From Laetmonice hystrix (taxonomy: Eukaryota), in contig OZ249438.1 of NCBI GenBank assembly GCA_965235115.1, positions 22,072,001 through 22,136,000 on the forward strand: 64,000 bases of DNA, in the 5' to 3' direction. A program made the translations under genes and the position numbers. A model generated the notes under the pieces. That model did no database searches. It was not told the origin of the DNA and saw nothing but the letters and a program-made list of their open reading frames with translations. Of the stretch, positions 52,509 through 64,000 are shown in pieces (the stretch's first letter is position 1; every line of letters begins with the position of its first letter).

Positions 52509-54294
52509 ACTTTCCACAGTGTAGATGACAGACATGCTGGTTGTTTATCCAGAGAGGATATGAAAGTGGCAGTGGTAACTTTGCTTGGTTACAAACCCTC
52601 CAAGGTAGACTCCTCTACCTGTACTGCAGTTCTGGGGCATCACTTCTGGAGGGGGCTGCTAGAGTAGATCTAGGCCTGGTTTCTCGAACATACTTTTAAA
52701 AGCATACTTAAGTCTGAGTTTCACTCAAATCTACTCACAAGAACGTTTTTAGCCAATGTGAATCCTCCTTCCTGAGTTGAGTAGATTTGAGTGAAACTCA
52801 GACTTATATATTTTCGAGAAACCGGGCCTTGGCAGCTACCCCCTCCCCTGCCCCCAGACCCCTAACAAAATAGACCTGTGTAATAGATGTTAAATGACTG
52901 TGCCCGCCCTACCTGCCCTGGTATTTTCCTATTTTGTAAACCATATACAGACCTAGTTAATCGAACCAAATGATTGGCATGAAAAAGGTGTTAGATCTTT
53001 AATATGCCAGAATGTCCCAAATAGATCAGGCTTTAATGGGTTGATGGAAGAACAGAAGGCTATCCTGGATCCTTCAGATGCATTGTAACTTCTTGTTTCA
53101 TTTGGTTGCAGTATGAAGTGGATAAGATGTTTGAAAAAGGGGAAAGTAACATAATAGAAAGACCAGATGATGGTAATTATTTGTTCTTTTTCCTTTCCCC
53201 ATTTGTCCTAGACTGACATACACCATTCCTGCTATTGGACATCAATTTGATTGTGTGCCACTATATGGTGCATATGATGTGTAGTACGATACCCAGGTCT
53301 GCAGTTAGTGGTAATTCACTCAAACAAAGATATAGGATATGCACCTTGTTTTCATGGGTCATTAAAAGTAACTTCCACTAAAGAATGTTTGTGGATTTTG
53401 CAGGAATATCTCTGGAGCATTTTCTTGAGGTTATGACACCAAAAATTGTTGTCCAAGATGAAGATGATGAAATACGACAGACCTTTCTTGCATTTGATTC
53501 ACAATGTATGTGCCCTGAAGTTGGACGAGTGTTTTTATGTGGCTATTTTTAGAAAATTGAAGTACAAGAATTTATGCCTCCTCTGAAAGTGTCAGTATTG
53601 CAGTACCCTTGACTGTTATACATCTGTACATGTATGTGTAGTTGTATGTATGTTCTCATGTTCAATCAAAAAGACATGGATACTTTTACCTTTTCTAAAA
53701 TACAAGTTGCTAAATATAGGATATGCAGTACTATTTTGTGCTTATATATTTCCGACTACTGGATCAAGGAGTGTTTTAAGTGCTCCAGGAATGTTCATAA
53801 CCATAATTTTATTATTTAAACATGTAAGTTATGTGCATACGCCAGGTCGAGGGTTCGTCACCCTGGAAGACTTAAAGAAGGTTTTCTCCCAGGTGGCGCC
53901 ACACATGCCTAGTCACCGCGTGGAAGCAGCATTCAGGTCAGACCCAATGACTCGGATCGGCCAACAGTCTCGTGGTAGTGACTGAACATGCTACCAGCTC
54001 GTAAATTGTAGTGAAAAGCACGATTTCTAGTGGTTTACGTTTGATATAAAATGATAAATAGGCATTTTGATAAAAGACTTGGAGGCCCCAAATGTTAGTA
54101 CTAGTAATAGTGGTAATGGTTAATGGTAGTAACCACTTTCGGGGCACAGTATGCTACTGTCAGCGATTTGTGTGGATGCTATAAAATTAGTTTTTGTTTC
54201 CTACCACAGGGAAATAGACCGAGATGGTGATGGACGCGTCAGTTACACAGACTTTGAGTACATGATGAAATACAGCATGGAGAATGGATTCTGA
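52509..54294 (+). CDS. EFCAB11: EF-hand calcium-binding domain protein 11 homolog; 5 confident exons, first exon(s) unresolved
   Basis: Exons 52509-52604, 53112-53172, 53404-53505, 53846-53936, 54210-54294 splice in frame: LSREDMKVAVVTLLGYKPSK, EIRQTFLAFDSQCRGFVTLEDLKKVFSQVAP, FREIDRDGDGRVSYTDFEY (canonical EF-hand loop). Candidate 5' exons 50969-50984 and 51371-51435 are in frame but speculative. Confidence 0.88.
52673..52828. mobile_element. Harbinger-like palindromic MITE in an EFCAB11 intron
   Basis: TIR ggcctggtttctcgaa / ttcgagaaaccgggcc and inner IR aagtctgagtttcactcaaatctactca / tgagtagatttgagtgaaactcagactt. The termini resemble those of 6554-6722; the TSD is not intact. Confidence 0.75.
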
Positions 54295-54404
54295 TGCGAT
54301 TTGAAAAGAAAGATATTACTTTTTCATCTAAAAGTAAAAGACAGTGATTTCATTACTCATCATAGTTATATCATTGGTCAGTCATGTATGCACTCACTAT
54401 TGAC

Positions 54405-54410
54405 AATAAA
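54405..54410 (+). terminator. Candidate EFCAB11 polyadenylation signal
   Basis: AATAAA ~110 nt after the stop codon, followed by a T/GT-rich tract. Confidence 0.5.
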
Positions 54411-55124
54411 CAGAACTGTTTTGTTAAATTGTTAGTTTTATTCAAATCAGGAGAGTGTGACGTATCTTTCATCATACCTTCACTATAAGAGAGGCGTTAG
54501 CCTTACTGATTGTAGCTCCGATGAAAAACAACTAAAACCATTCTCAATTTGAATAATTTATTTATTTCATGTCATTTAATGCCATTTCCATATTTCTAGG
54601 AATTCCTGGGGCAAATGACACTATATGTATCCCACACTGTCACATATACTAAGGCAGTGAAATAAACGATAGGTTTTGCCGCCAACCCCTTACAAGCTAG
54701 CCCTGATACAGTGATGGTACACATTCGTATTATGTAATGGTGTAATGTGGATCACTGCCGTGCAACTTACAATGTTACCACGTGGTTGCAACTGAACAAT
54801 AACGCACTGAATATAATAAAACCTGATGATAAAAGTATATGTACACATTCATACTTTTCAACTACCAAAAGCACGTAAACCTGTATGTATGCTCAGAATG
54901 CTGAATAATGCTATTTTTCTGCTAATGAGACCATCAATTTGATGTCTTCAAATAGCCACTTGCCGCACTTGTCAACAAAAGCCTTGGCACTTCTGACTAA
55001 CTACTACAAGTGAGAAATAAGGAACAGTCAATAGATATTTTGATGAGTGAAATAACACTTGCATATGGGTATGAGGAACGACACTTAAATATAAAACGGA
55101 CTCTGGAAAATTACTGTTAAATGG

Positions 55125-55280
55125 CAGTAGCGTACCCAGGAGGGGTGCTTGGGGTGCTCGAGCACCCCCCCTCAATTTTTTTTTGTGCTTGTTGCCCATA
55201 GCCCCCTCCCAATTTGCAGCGCCTATGACGTTGGTTATTTCCAGCACCCCCCCTGGGTCCAGTTTCTGGGTACGCCACTG
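55125..55280. mobile_element. Short CAGT(A/G)GCGTA TIR element with a 6-bp TSD
   Basis: cagtagcgtacccag / ctgggtacgccactg; aaatgg duplicated at 55119-55124 and 55281-55286. Confidence 0.8.
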
Positions 55281-56764
55281 AAATGGCACTGGTCTTTGAA
55301 GTCATTATCATCATTGCACTGATAATCTCTCCTATTCACAACCACAGCTACATCACCTGCTATTCTAACACGTGATAAGAAAACGTGTAACACATTCGAC
55401 ATAAATACAAATGTTATCGAACTTTGTATACAGCATGAGGCTACAAATCTTATCAAGTTCATCAGAATAAGGAATAACTGTTCCAACCTTAAACTGGGGA
55501 AGGGAATAAACATTATATTGAAGATATTATCTTGTATTTATAAATAAACAGTGGCAAAGTCAAATAAGTGGTGTCTGGTTGTGTAGATCTCTTAATAAAG
55601 AGTCTACTCTTGAACATAAGGACTGAGATTCTAGGGGCCAGCTAAATACATGCTTGCAAGCATACCCAGCCACCCTTTCAATGCGTCTTGGACACACACA
55701 CACAAAAACACCAATTCACCAACATAAATGAATCTTGCCAAGAACTTAATAACAGTAATGAATTTATAATGTATATCTTTCAGATTGAATTATAAAACAA
55801 ATTGAAAACTTCATATTGTCAGAGGACATCTTATAATTAAATTTATTTTATGAACAGACAAGAAACCATGATGATAAAAGTTTAAAGAGGATTAGATTTC
55901 ATCACGTCACTAAACACTCACTTTCAATAAACCATGCACACATACCAGTTTCCAACTATTCATGAATGACGATACTATGGAATGAATTTCAAACTACTTC
56001 ACAACATTTGGTATATATTCCATATGAAACATACATGACATCAATGACAAGACGCCTGCGCCAACTTTTTGGTTGCTCAGAAGCGGCTCAATTAAAATAT
56101 GCAATTTTTATTATTGCTTTTCCTGTTTCAATTAGAAAAGAAAAAGAAAGCTTTTTACATCTGTATAGTGAATGATAATCGTGGGAGAAGGCTAAAGCAG
56201 CATGATGTGCCAAAGATCAAAATGATGAATTTTGCAATGACTTTTGCTATAACTGCTCACAATCATCTTAAGACGATTGCGCCAGTCAAAAAATAAATCA
56301 CTGCACTTTGCCGCAAGCAGCCGAAAATGTTTTTTTTAAAGGGGTGGATACCTACAAAAATGCTGTACGACTACTAATTTTCCCTTTGTTATATCCCATC
56401 AACTCTGTTGAGCATCCTCAGGAATGAGCGAACTTACCTAGATATATTTGTAGCCAATCTTTGAAGGTTTATCTCCCTCTTCGGGGAACACTGTCCATCA
56501 AATATACCCACTATTCTATACAATAAAATACCTTGAGCAATGGTGATGACAAATCACACTAAAAGTGGTTTTCAGTACACATGCCTACAGAATTCCTAAG
56601 GAGTCACGCTGACAGAATAGCGTAGGTAATCTTTCCTAGCTTAGTAGTCTAGGCATTGAGTCTTTAATCTGTATTGTGTAATAGACCTCCACCTCTAGTT
56701 AAATTCCTTGACATGTTAACTTGGTGTTCTGATCAATTTCCTACAAGATGTTCAGTGAGTGGAT

Positions 56765-59700
56765 CTACTCTCTTGTGCCCAGTTGTGGCAGCTGCCCCGG
56801 CACTGTTTTATGGCTGGCCATGTGCCCCATGATTGGGACGATGGGTCGAACCAGGGGAGGTGGTTGAATGAGGTTACGCGATCCTTGAGGAACTCTGAAA
56901 AAAGAAAGAGGTTCATCTATAAATGAGTCTATAGATCTACATCTATCTATGATAATATCTTGCATAATTTTTGTCAACCCCAAACCCATTATAGATTATA
57001 GATCTCAATGAATTCACAAATGTTTCATTAAGAAAAGAAAATTGTGGAAATCAATGAATAGTTACATGTACACTAAACAGCATGGAGCTCAGTTAAATTA
57101 CATTGGTTTTACATTCTCAAAATGTCTTTACATTTTTTCTTTGGTTATAATCTTAAGCTTGGTGGCAAGGTAACCTGTTATGCCATCACACCTTAGGTGT
57201 TGGTGAAGTGGAGGGGGTTGTCTGAGGGGCATGATCATGGGCTTGCTGGGTACTTGTTTCAGAAGTGGTGGTGGGGGTACGCTAACAGCAGACTTGCTCT
57301 CTGATGGTCCAGTAGTGGTGGTTGTGGTGGCAGCAGCAGTGGTTACTGAGCTCTCTTCTGACGTCAGGTCGATTTCCATCTGGTAATGTGAAAAATGTGG
57401 GTTGTCAGTCTATAGATCATGTATGCTAATAATAGGGTATTAAATATGAGGTAAATGCTACCCTTCCACACTTCTTTTTAGCTGCCCGTGGTAGGTAAAC
57501 TTGTGCAGAATTTCATTTTTGCTTGCTTTTCAGTTTGGACTTGTGATAAAAGCACCCCCTAATTGAAACTGGCACTCTAACAACTATTCAAACTCAAAGA
57601 GTTTCGCTGACCTTTTCATCTTCTTCATCCATGGTATCTGTTGTACCATTCTCCTTCTCATATTCTGCTATCACCTCATCCAAGTTGTACCGTCGCCTGT
57701 AGTTGACAAAGAAGCTCCTGACATGTACCTCACTCTTGTTTCCAATGGTTTCAGCTATAGCTTTGAAGTCCTTGCCATATTTACGCACACCTTGCACAGC
57801 AAGGAGAAGCTCCTCATTGGTCCAGCGAGCATTTATGCGTTGGATTGGCTGCAAGAGGTTAAATAAGAAATTAAAGTGATGTTGACCCAAGTGTCTGCAC
57901 TAGATTATTATTAAAAATATTAGACAAAAGCAAAAAAATACATCATAATCTTACCTCTTGTGGTCTGAGAATATCTATTCCTGCAGCAGTCTTGTGTTTT
58001 TGCATACTGATGATCTGTTTATTGTTTTGAACCTGCAAAAGAATTAGAATAAAATTTCTTGATCTGTTGATGCATACTAGTTTGTTTTTTTTTCAATGGG
58101 TATTTTTCAAGGTGACATAAGCATTGATACCACTTCACACTGAAACTTGCCAACATTTCCCCTATGTCCAAAAAGTTTCAGAAGGTTATGAGCTGCCAAG
58201 GAAATTTTTAAGTAATGGCTTGCAGACCTTTATTTTGAAGGAGCACGATCGCCCTCCATCGTACGCCAGGTGCGCTAACCATAGTGGATTTTCAACATGG
58301 TTAACATACCAAATCCAAAGCAATCACTATGTGGGTGGCCCCTTGTACAGGGTTTCCTGCAGGCCCTTTTTTGGGGGGAGGGGGAGAGACTCCCCTCCCC
58401 CATTATTCAGCTACTCCCCCCCCCCCCCAATTTCCAGGGGGAAAAATTTTGCATTACTCTCTCCCCCCCAAATTCGCACCATTCCCCCCCCCCCCCCAAA
58501 AGTCGAAAACCTCCAGGAAACCCTGCTTGTAATGTACCTCCTTTATAAAATAGTAAATAAAAGACAACTCCAGGTTCATGTTCATTCAAGTTTTAAAAAC
58601 AGTGTGATTCAGTATGATATAGTGACACTCTATTTCATAATATTTACTGGGCAAATTTTTCATGACTCTCCTACCACCTGGCATATTCCAGGAGGGTGAT
58701 TCATTGCTTGGCATTCTTACCTGTCGTTTTAGTGCAACAAGCTCTGCATCTAGGGCTCTGAGGATGGAATCTCCCTGGCCAGGCGGTCCTGTTGCAATGG
58801 CAATTAGATCTTCGTTGTTGAGATACATCCCCTTTGGTGGCCGCCTTTTGTTCTTCATGTTGTGTTTGCCTGGGTGTTGTGAGCTCTTTGGTCCAGGACG
58901 TGTTGTGCCATTTTTATTTTCATTTTCCTTCTACAAGAATAAAAAAACCCTCATATTTACTTTTGTGATTTGCCATCTATAAGGATCTACTCAATTGAAA
59001 ACCATTCTCATTTCAGTTTAGCAATATTTGCAGTTAGTTTCAGTGTTAGAGTCCTCCATTATCTGGTTGTCATGGAAGCTAAAGTAGATTTTTGTATTAA
59101 ATCATTCTCCTTACCCCATTTTCCTTGGCCTGTTCAAAGTCGCTATCGCTGTTACCACTTCCACCCTCTTCCTCCTCACTGTCGTCCCCTCGCTGATTGG
59201 CCAGTTTACGTGCCTGGCGGTCCATAAGGCTTGTCCTAGAGCGAGTCTTCTTCCACGAGTAGTAATATTTGACCAAACTTGCAATTGACTTGTCTGGTAA
59301 CTAAGAAAAATAAAAATAAATATAATAAAACACATCTCATATTTCCACCAAAGTTGTTGTGCAAGACTTGCTGATAAAGACAGAGGAAAAGCTGTACTCA
59401 AATTTTACACTATAGCTATTAGCATGCACCCAATGAAAAATAGGTAAATCAGTCAAAATTAGAGAAATTTCAACTGGGCAATCAAAAGCAAAAAAAAGTT
59501 ATTTCAAGCCTTACCATCTGACGGATGCGATGGAAACTTTTGCCATGGAAACTGAAGGCTTGCTCAAAAAGTACCTTGTCCTCCACAGTCCACTCATCCG
59601 GGAATGGTGTAAAGTTAGCAAGGTCTGTCAAAGCCTTGTCGACATTGTGTTTATGCCAGAACAGCATTCCCAATGCCTGTCAGATGAAAACCGCAGGAAG

Positions 59701-62189
59701 ACAAGATTGTAAAAAAATTAAATGCCAAATTACTTGACCTTCCAGATGAACAGTTGGTCAGATAAGTGGTTTATAATTATAGTTAAATACATGTTAGCCC
59801 AATGCCAAGGATGAACATAGTTCCAAGAGACATGAAAATATACTGGGATAATATCACAATCTTGAAGGCCATTACCCACATGCTTAATAGTATTTTATAT
59901 TTTCTGCATTCTTACTTTCTCTTTCTCTGATCAAAATCACAAATGCTGATTCTCCTTACCTGCTCAGTATTGTATCCATGTTTTTCCTTTGCAATTGTTA
60001 TGTATTCATTTACTGGAAATACAAGAAGCACTTGAAGGACGACTTTAAGTCAGATATATTCTAAAGTTATATGAAATATGGTAAGAAATGAAAATCCATT
60101 TTAAGGGAAACATGCCAGAACTGCACTTTAAACTTAAACATTTAAGAATGTCAAGAATACAACATATACCAATGTCTCAATCAAAAGGTTACAAACAGAC
60201 TGTAATATTAGACTATCAACATTGAATGATTGCTGGTGAGGTCTGTTAATTTTCTAGGGTCGTTTTTCACCTTTACAATCTGGGAGTTCAGGATGCGGTG
60301 CCCAAACCAACATTGCCTCCATCCTGGAGTCTGGCTTAATGTCTGCAAGATGAAGCCACTTGTTTTAGTTCACTACTTGTCAGTCAGTTCAATGCCTTTT
60401 CTATCATGAGAGTGTGAATGGCACTGTCGTTATAACTTACAAGTCATCACCCTGTCCATAAAATGTCTGACTCTAATTAAGGAATTAACCATGTACCATA
60501 GTCCCTACATGAACAAGGAATTTATCGGTTATTTCACATGCGTTCCATACTAGGAACTACAGGCCTCTGAAAATTGCGGCAACGATCGTTTCATTCGAGT
60601 ATCACTCGCATAGATGTCAATTTGCGTAACCCAAACTACATTCATGCAAACTCACCGGTTCTGGTGAAATAGACACAATAATTAACGATCTTTTAATGTC
60701 TCCTTCAGCATGCTTCTCAGTATATCGCTATGTTTATTGAATATTAAAGAAATCCATCCATGTGTAAGTAATTAAGTCTTTTACTGGGTTGAAACAGCCT
60801 AACAGTTTTGTAAATGGGTTCCACAAAATGAATGGTTTCCCCCAAAAAATTTGCGGAACCCATTTCTGGGTTACGCACATTTTCAATTTTCAGAGGCCTG
60901 GAACTAAAGGCATATATGAGGTCACCTCAGGCCGATCCAGATTCAAGTTTGAAAAGGCCGACGATTCTACGAGCGCACACTAAAGATTTCGTAGACGGCT
61001 TTCTGATTGGTTGAATCCAAAGGTCCCTACTCCTCTAGACCCCCAAAAGTGTCCGATCCCAGTTCTATATTTTAGGCCCTTTTTTTCTATTATGATTCCC
61101 ACTGTGCCCCTCTAGGCCACCCCCTTCTGACTGTGCCCCCCCCCCCAACACCCCTTCTGGATCCACCCCTGTGAGTAGGCTAGGGGTAGACTTTTTCATA
61201 GGCGGTGGAAGCGGGGGGCCAGGGGGGCACTGCCCCCCCAATAATTTTATTGGGGGGCCTGGCCCCCCCCCCCAATAATCGTATGGCTTATGAAGATTTA
61301 TTATGGCTTTGTAGATTGTGGATTAGGCCCAACTAGTATCTATGGGGTAATCAAGACGCTGTTTTTTTTGGTGTCGTTTTTTATCCAAAGTAAACGTATT
61401 TTCCTTTGCCCTGATAGAATTTTTTGCAAATCTGTTCCGCTGCCACTGTTTTGGAAAAATTAAAGCCAGAAAACGTTTAGTTTTGGCGGAGGGAGTAAAT
61501 TTTTTTTGGGGGGGGGGGGAAGGAGAGTTTCCCCAATTAAAAAAAATAAAGTTAACATGTATGGCCTAGCTAGCTGTAGGCTGATCGGTCGTAACATTAC
61601 TTAGTTTACCCACATTCCCCAGTCTCCTTTTTAAAAAAAATAAATTCGTTTAGATTCATGATATATATTTGAAAATATTTCAATTGAGAGATTTGAACTC
61701 TTTCACAGTGAGGGCTTGATACCGGAGCTCTCGCGCCAATGCCGCGCTTATGCCTGCACAGCTCTGGGTGGATGCTCAATGCGGCGAGCTTGATACCAGC
61801 CAGGCAGCCTAGCTGCTGTAAACCCTCGAGTTTTACCGAACCCGCTTCGTTCAAGACAGTGGGTTACAAAATGCGAAACAAAGAATAACATACCTGGATT
61901 ATATTCGGGAATAACCGTTTGATATTCTTCCCCGACTCGCATTCCGTTTTCTAAAAAGAAAATGTGTTTTATATGTGTAACGTGCCGTAACAAAAAATAA
62001 ACTGAACGGCCAGAATCACCATCCGTGAATCAGATCCAATGCAAAGTGAAAGGAAACCTTCGTTTCGACCCTACCGTGGTCGGAGTCGTCGGTGGCGCTG
62101 CTGTCGTCAGATAAATGGCCATTCGGACTCGGTCCTCCAGAACGTTTTCCATTGCGCGTACCTTCCATGTTTTTGTCACCAACAACCAT
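56765..62189 (-). CDS. RCOR: REST corepressor (CoREST; ELM2, SANT1, linker, SANT2, RCOR3-like Pro-rich tail), 11 coding exons
   Basis: Exons 62189-62075, 61950-61894, 60342-60271, 60012-59960, 59676-59515, 59300-59115, 58930-58721, 58032-57955, 57848-57612, 57379-57192, 56894-56765 splice in frame. ELM2: GMRVGEEYQ...[26 protein letters not shown]1: [27 protein letters not shown]...[18 protein letters not shown]. Linker: [12 protein letters not shown]2: [23 protein letters not shown]...FFVNYRRR. Confidence 0.96.
58348..58525. mobile_element. Short CAGGGTTTCC TIR element with a 6-bp TSD in an RCOR intron
   Basis: cagggtttcctgcagg / cctccaggaaaccctg; cttgta duplicated at 58342-58347 and 58526-58531; poly-C/G interior. 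Confidence 0.82.
60918..61026. mobile_element. Diverged partial copy of the 20238-20507 MITE core, in inverted orientation
   Basis: ccagattcaagtttga...ctacgagcgcacactaaagatttcgtagacggctttctgattggttgaatccaaaggtc aligns by eye to the reverse complement of ~20335-20440. Confidence 0.75.
61197..61448. mobile_element. Degenerate short TIR element with poly-G/poly-C subterminal tracts
   Basis: cataggcggtggaa versus the right end (reverse complement cagtggcagcggaa), 10/14 identical; interior resembles the other CAG...CTG mini-elements. Confidence 0.45.
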
Positions 62190-64000
62190 GACAAAATAAA
62201 CAAATCTTAATATTGTCTCTTTTCTGAAAGTTTTGCACTTTTACTGGCCACGAAGCTCAAATTGAACAACTTTCTTCATGAATACGCTTAGAACCAACAC
62301 ACACGGCCAAGCGTAGAAACCGAATACACCATCATGGCATGTACCCGTACAACCAAACAAAGTAGTTCCATTGGACTGGCAGTTGTATTACATTGAACAA
62401 TGTTTGCACTTCATGCATTAAATGTTTCGAATATATCTAGAAGCACATTTACACTGACAATACTATCAAGGCTAAATAGTCGCTGCAAAACATTATACAC
62501 GCGACGGGCACTCAAATGCGCATGAATACACCAACCAGGTGAAGCCATAGTTGAAAACGAGAACACGATGTAACCGACTGAAATCGGGTTGTTCACATGA
62601 GATGTCGAGACAGCAAGGGTGACCAGCAGTTCAATGTATACACATTAAAACAGAACCTAAGAGAGAAATATCAATTTGATTCGTCGTCACTATTCTGTAT
62701 CACATACTCGAACGATTTTGTTATGGTTGAGTGAAAAAACACAAGGATAACAAACTTACAGGCCCAATAAATGTATCATCCATTTGAAAACCAGGAGAAA
62801 ACTCGACTAATGCGACATCGTAACGTTGACACCCGTCATTTAAATTTCAACTTCGATGAGCTTCCTAATTTTATTTGCTGTCTCATGTATCAAGAGTAGA
62901 TCACGCATGACTCTCAGCTGCTCCCTAATAAGTTTAATTATTTTATAGCATTTTAACATAATCGTTTTTTCTTAACGAATGCATACCGATTGAACTCCTA
63001 TGAAACATCGTAGCGTTTCGCCAGCCCACAAAGCCTCCACCATTTTCAGAGTAGTTGACACATGTGCACAGAAAATAGGTTGCTGCGGATTTGTTTGGTT
63101 GAATGAGTTAGGCCGAGACTAAATCGAGTGCGCCTAAAGGCTAAACGGTCGTATAGTCTCTAGTATACGCTGTATTTTGAATCGTGGCCATATAGCTATT
63201 ACCTTATAGGCAATCCGCATAGCCTACTAGCCTACACTAGGGGTCTAACTCTAACTTGAGGGGGACTAGCCTATAGATGCATAGCCTATCGGCTAATTGG
63301 CGGAATTGTAATTGAAATGATAAAATGTAGGGTCATGCATAATCGAACTTATGCCATAATGATCACGTCATGCTATAGGCCTAGTCCGGGCCTATAGAGC
63401 CACCAATTAAATCATCTATAGTATAGGCCTATGCATATAAGAAAAAATAAGTCCCGATAAAAAAAGAAACGCCGTGTCCTATTATCTATAGGGCGGCCTA
63501 TAGGCTATACCTATCACTTTTTACACCAGTTCTACACCCTTCATGATTATGTAGGCCTACTAATAATATAGCCCTCAGGCATGGCATCATAGCCTATTCC
63601 TTTTACGCTCTGCGTCGCGTCGCCATGGGCGACGTCGCCCCACATTCCGACATGTCGACTCATCGCGTCGCCTGAGCTGGAATTATTCCAGAGGCCATCA
63701 TCAGGCACAACCCTACGAGTTTCACAATACAACTAGGCCTAGGCCTACATTATTATAGAAATGCTGTCAGGGATGAGCTTCATCAGCTGGATGCCGTGTA
63801 ACCGTGCTGCGTTGCCCCAATTCGTTCCAAGCCGAATTCTGGAACTGAATTCGCGAATGTGGGACCACGTGTCGCAATAGCCCCCCCCCCCCCAAATCCA
63901 TGCTTCAAATTTCGCGGCCGGATTCGCCTCTAGGGTCTCCAGAATTATGTGTGGGCAAGACATTGATTTAACCCACACCTCGGGCCAGTTCGACCGGCGC

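Noticed and set aside
58124-58699. 191-aa intronic ORF antisense to RCOR
   Set aside because: It is held open by the poly-C/G mini-transposon at 58348-58525 and shows no domain signal.

Overview
This window is eukaryotic: AT-rich, intron-rich animal DNA, probably from a marine invertebrate (inferred from the repeat types; the taxon cannot be determined here). It is not microbial, and I found no CRISPR array, operon, rRNA or tRNA. Hand-splicing gives six conserved genes and one orphan: CLPTM1 (+, 1064-8215), an unrecognised single-pass receptor-like protein (-, 11602-12906, possibly extending to 13599), mitochondrial seryl-tRNA synthetase SARS2 (-, 15976-22532), ABCC10/MRP7 (+, 25346-33965), FBXO11 (-, 42245-48924, 5' end tentatively 50161), EFCAB11 (+, 52509-54294, 5' end unresolved) and CoREST/RCOR (-, 56765-62189). 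Reading frames stay open across all assigned splice junctions. Introns and intergenic DNA hold many non-autonomous DNA transposons: a Helentron/DINE-1-like element, Harbinger-like MITEs and hAT-like mini-elements. There is also an ~88-bp minisatellite. I see no clear new multi-gene system. The best novelty candidates are (1) the orphan membrane protein, whose tail carries several signalling-type motifs, (2) three perfect DR4 nuclear-receptor elements carried by a transposon inside a GC-AG intron of CLPTM1, and (3) clouds of TAGGCCTA/TAGCCTA motifs near gene 5' ends. Comparisons with human proteins and human gene locations are from memory, not from a search.
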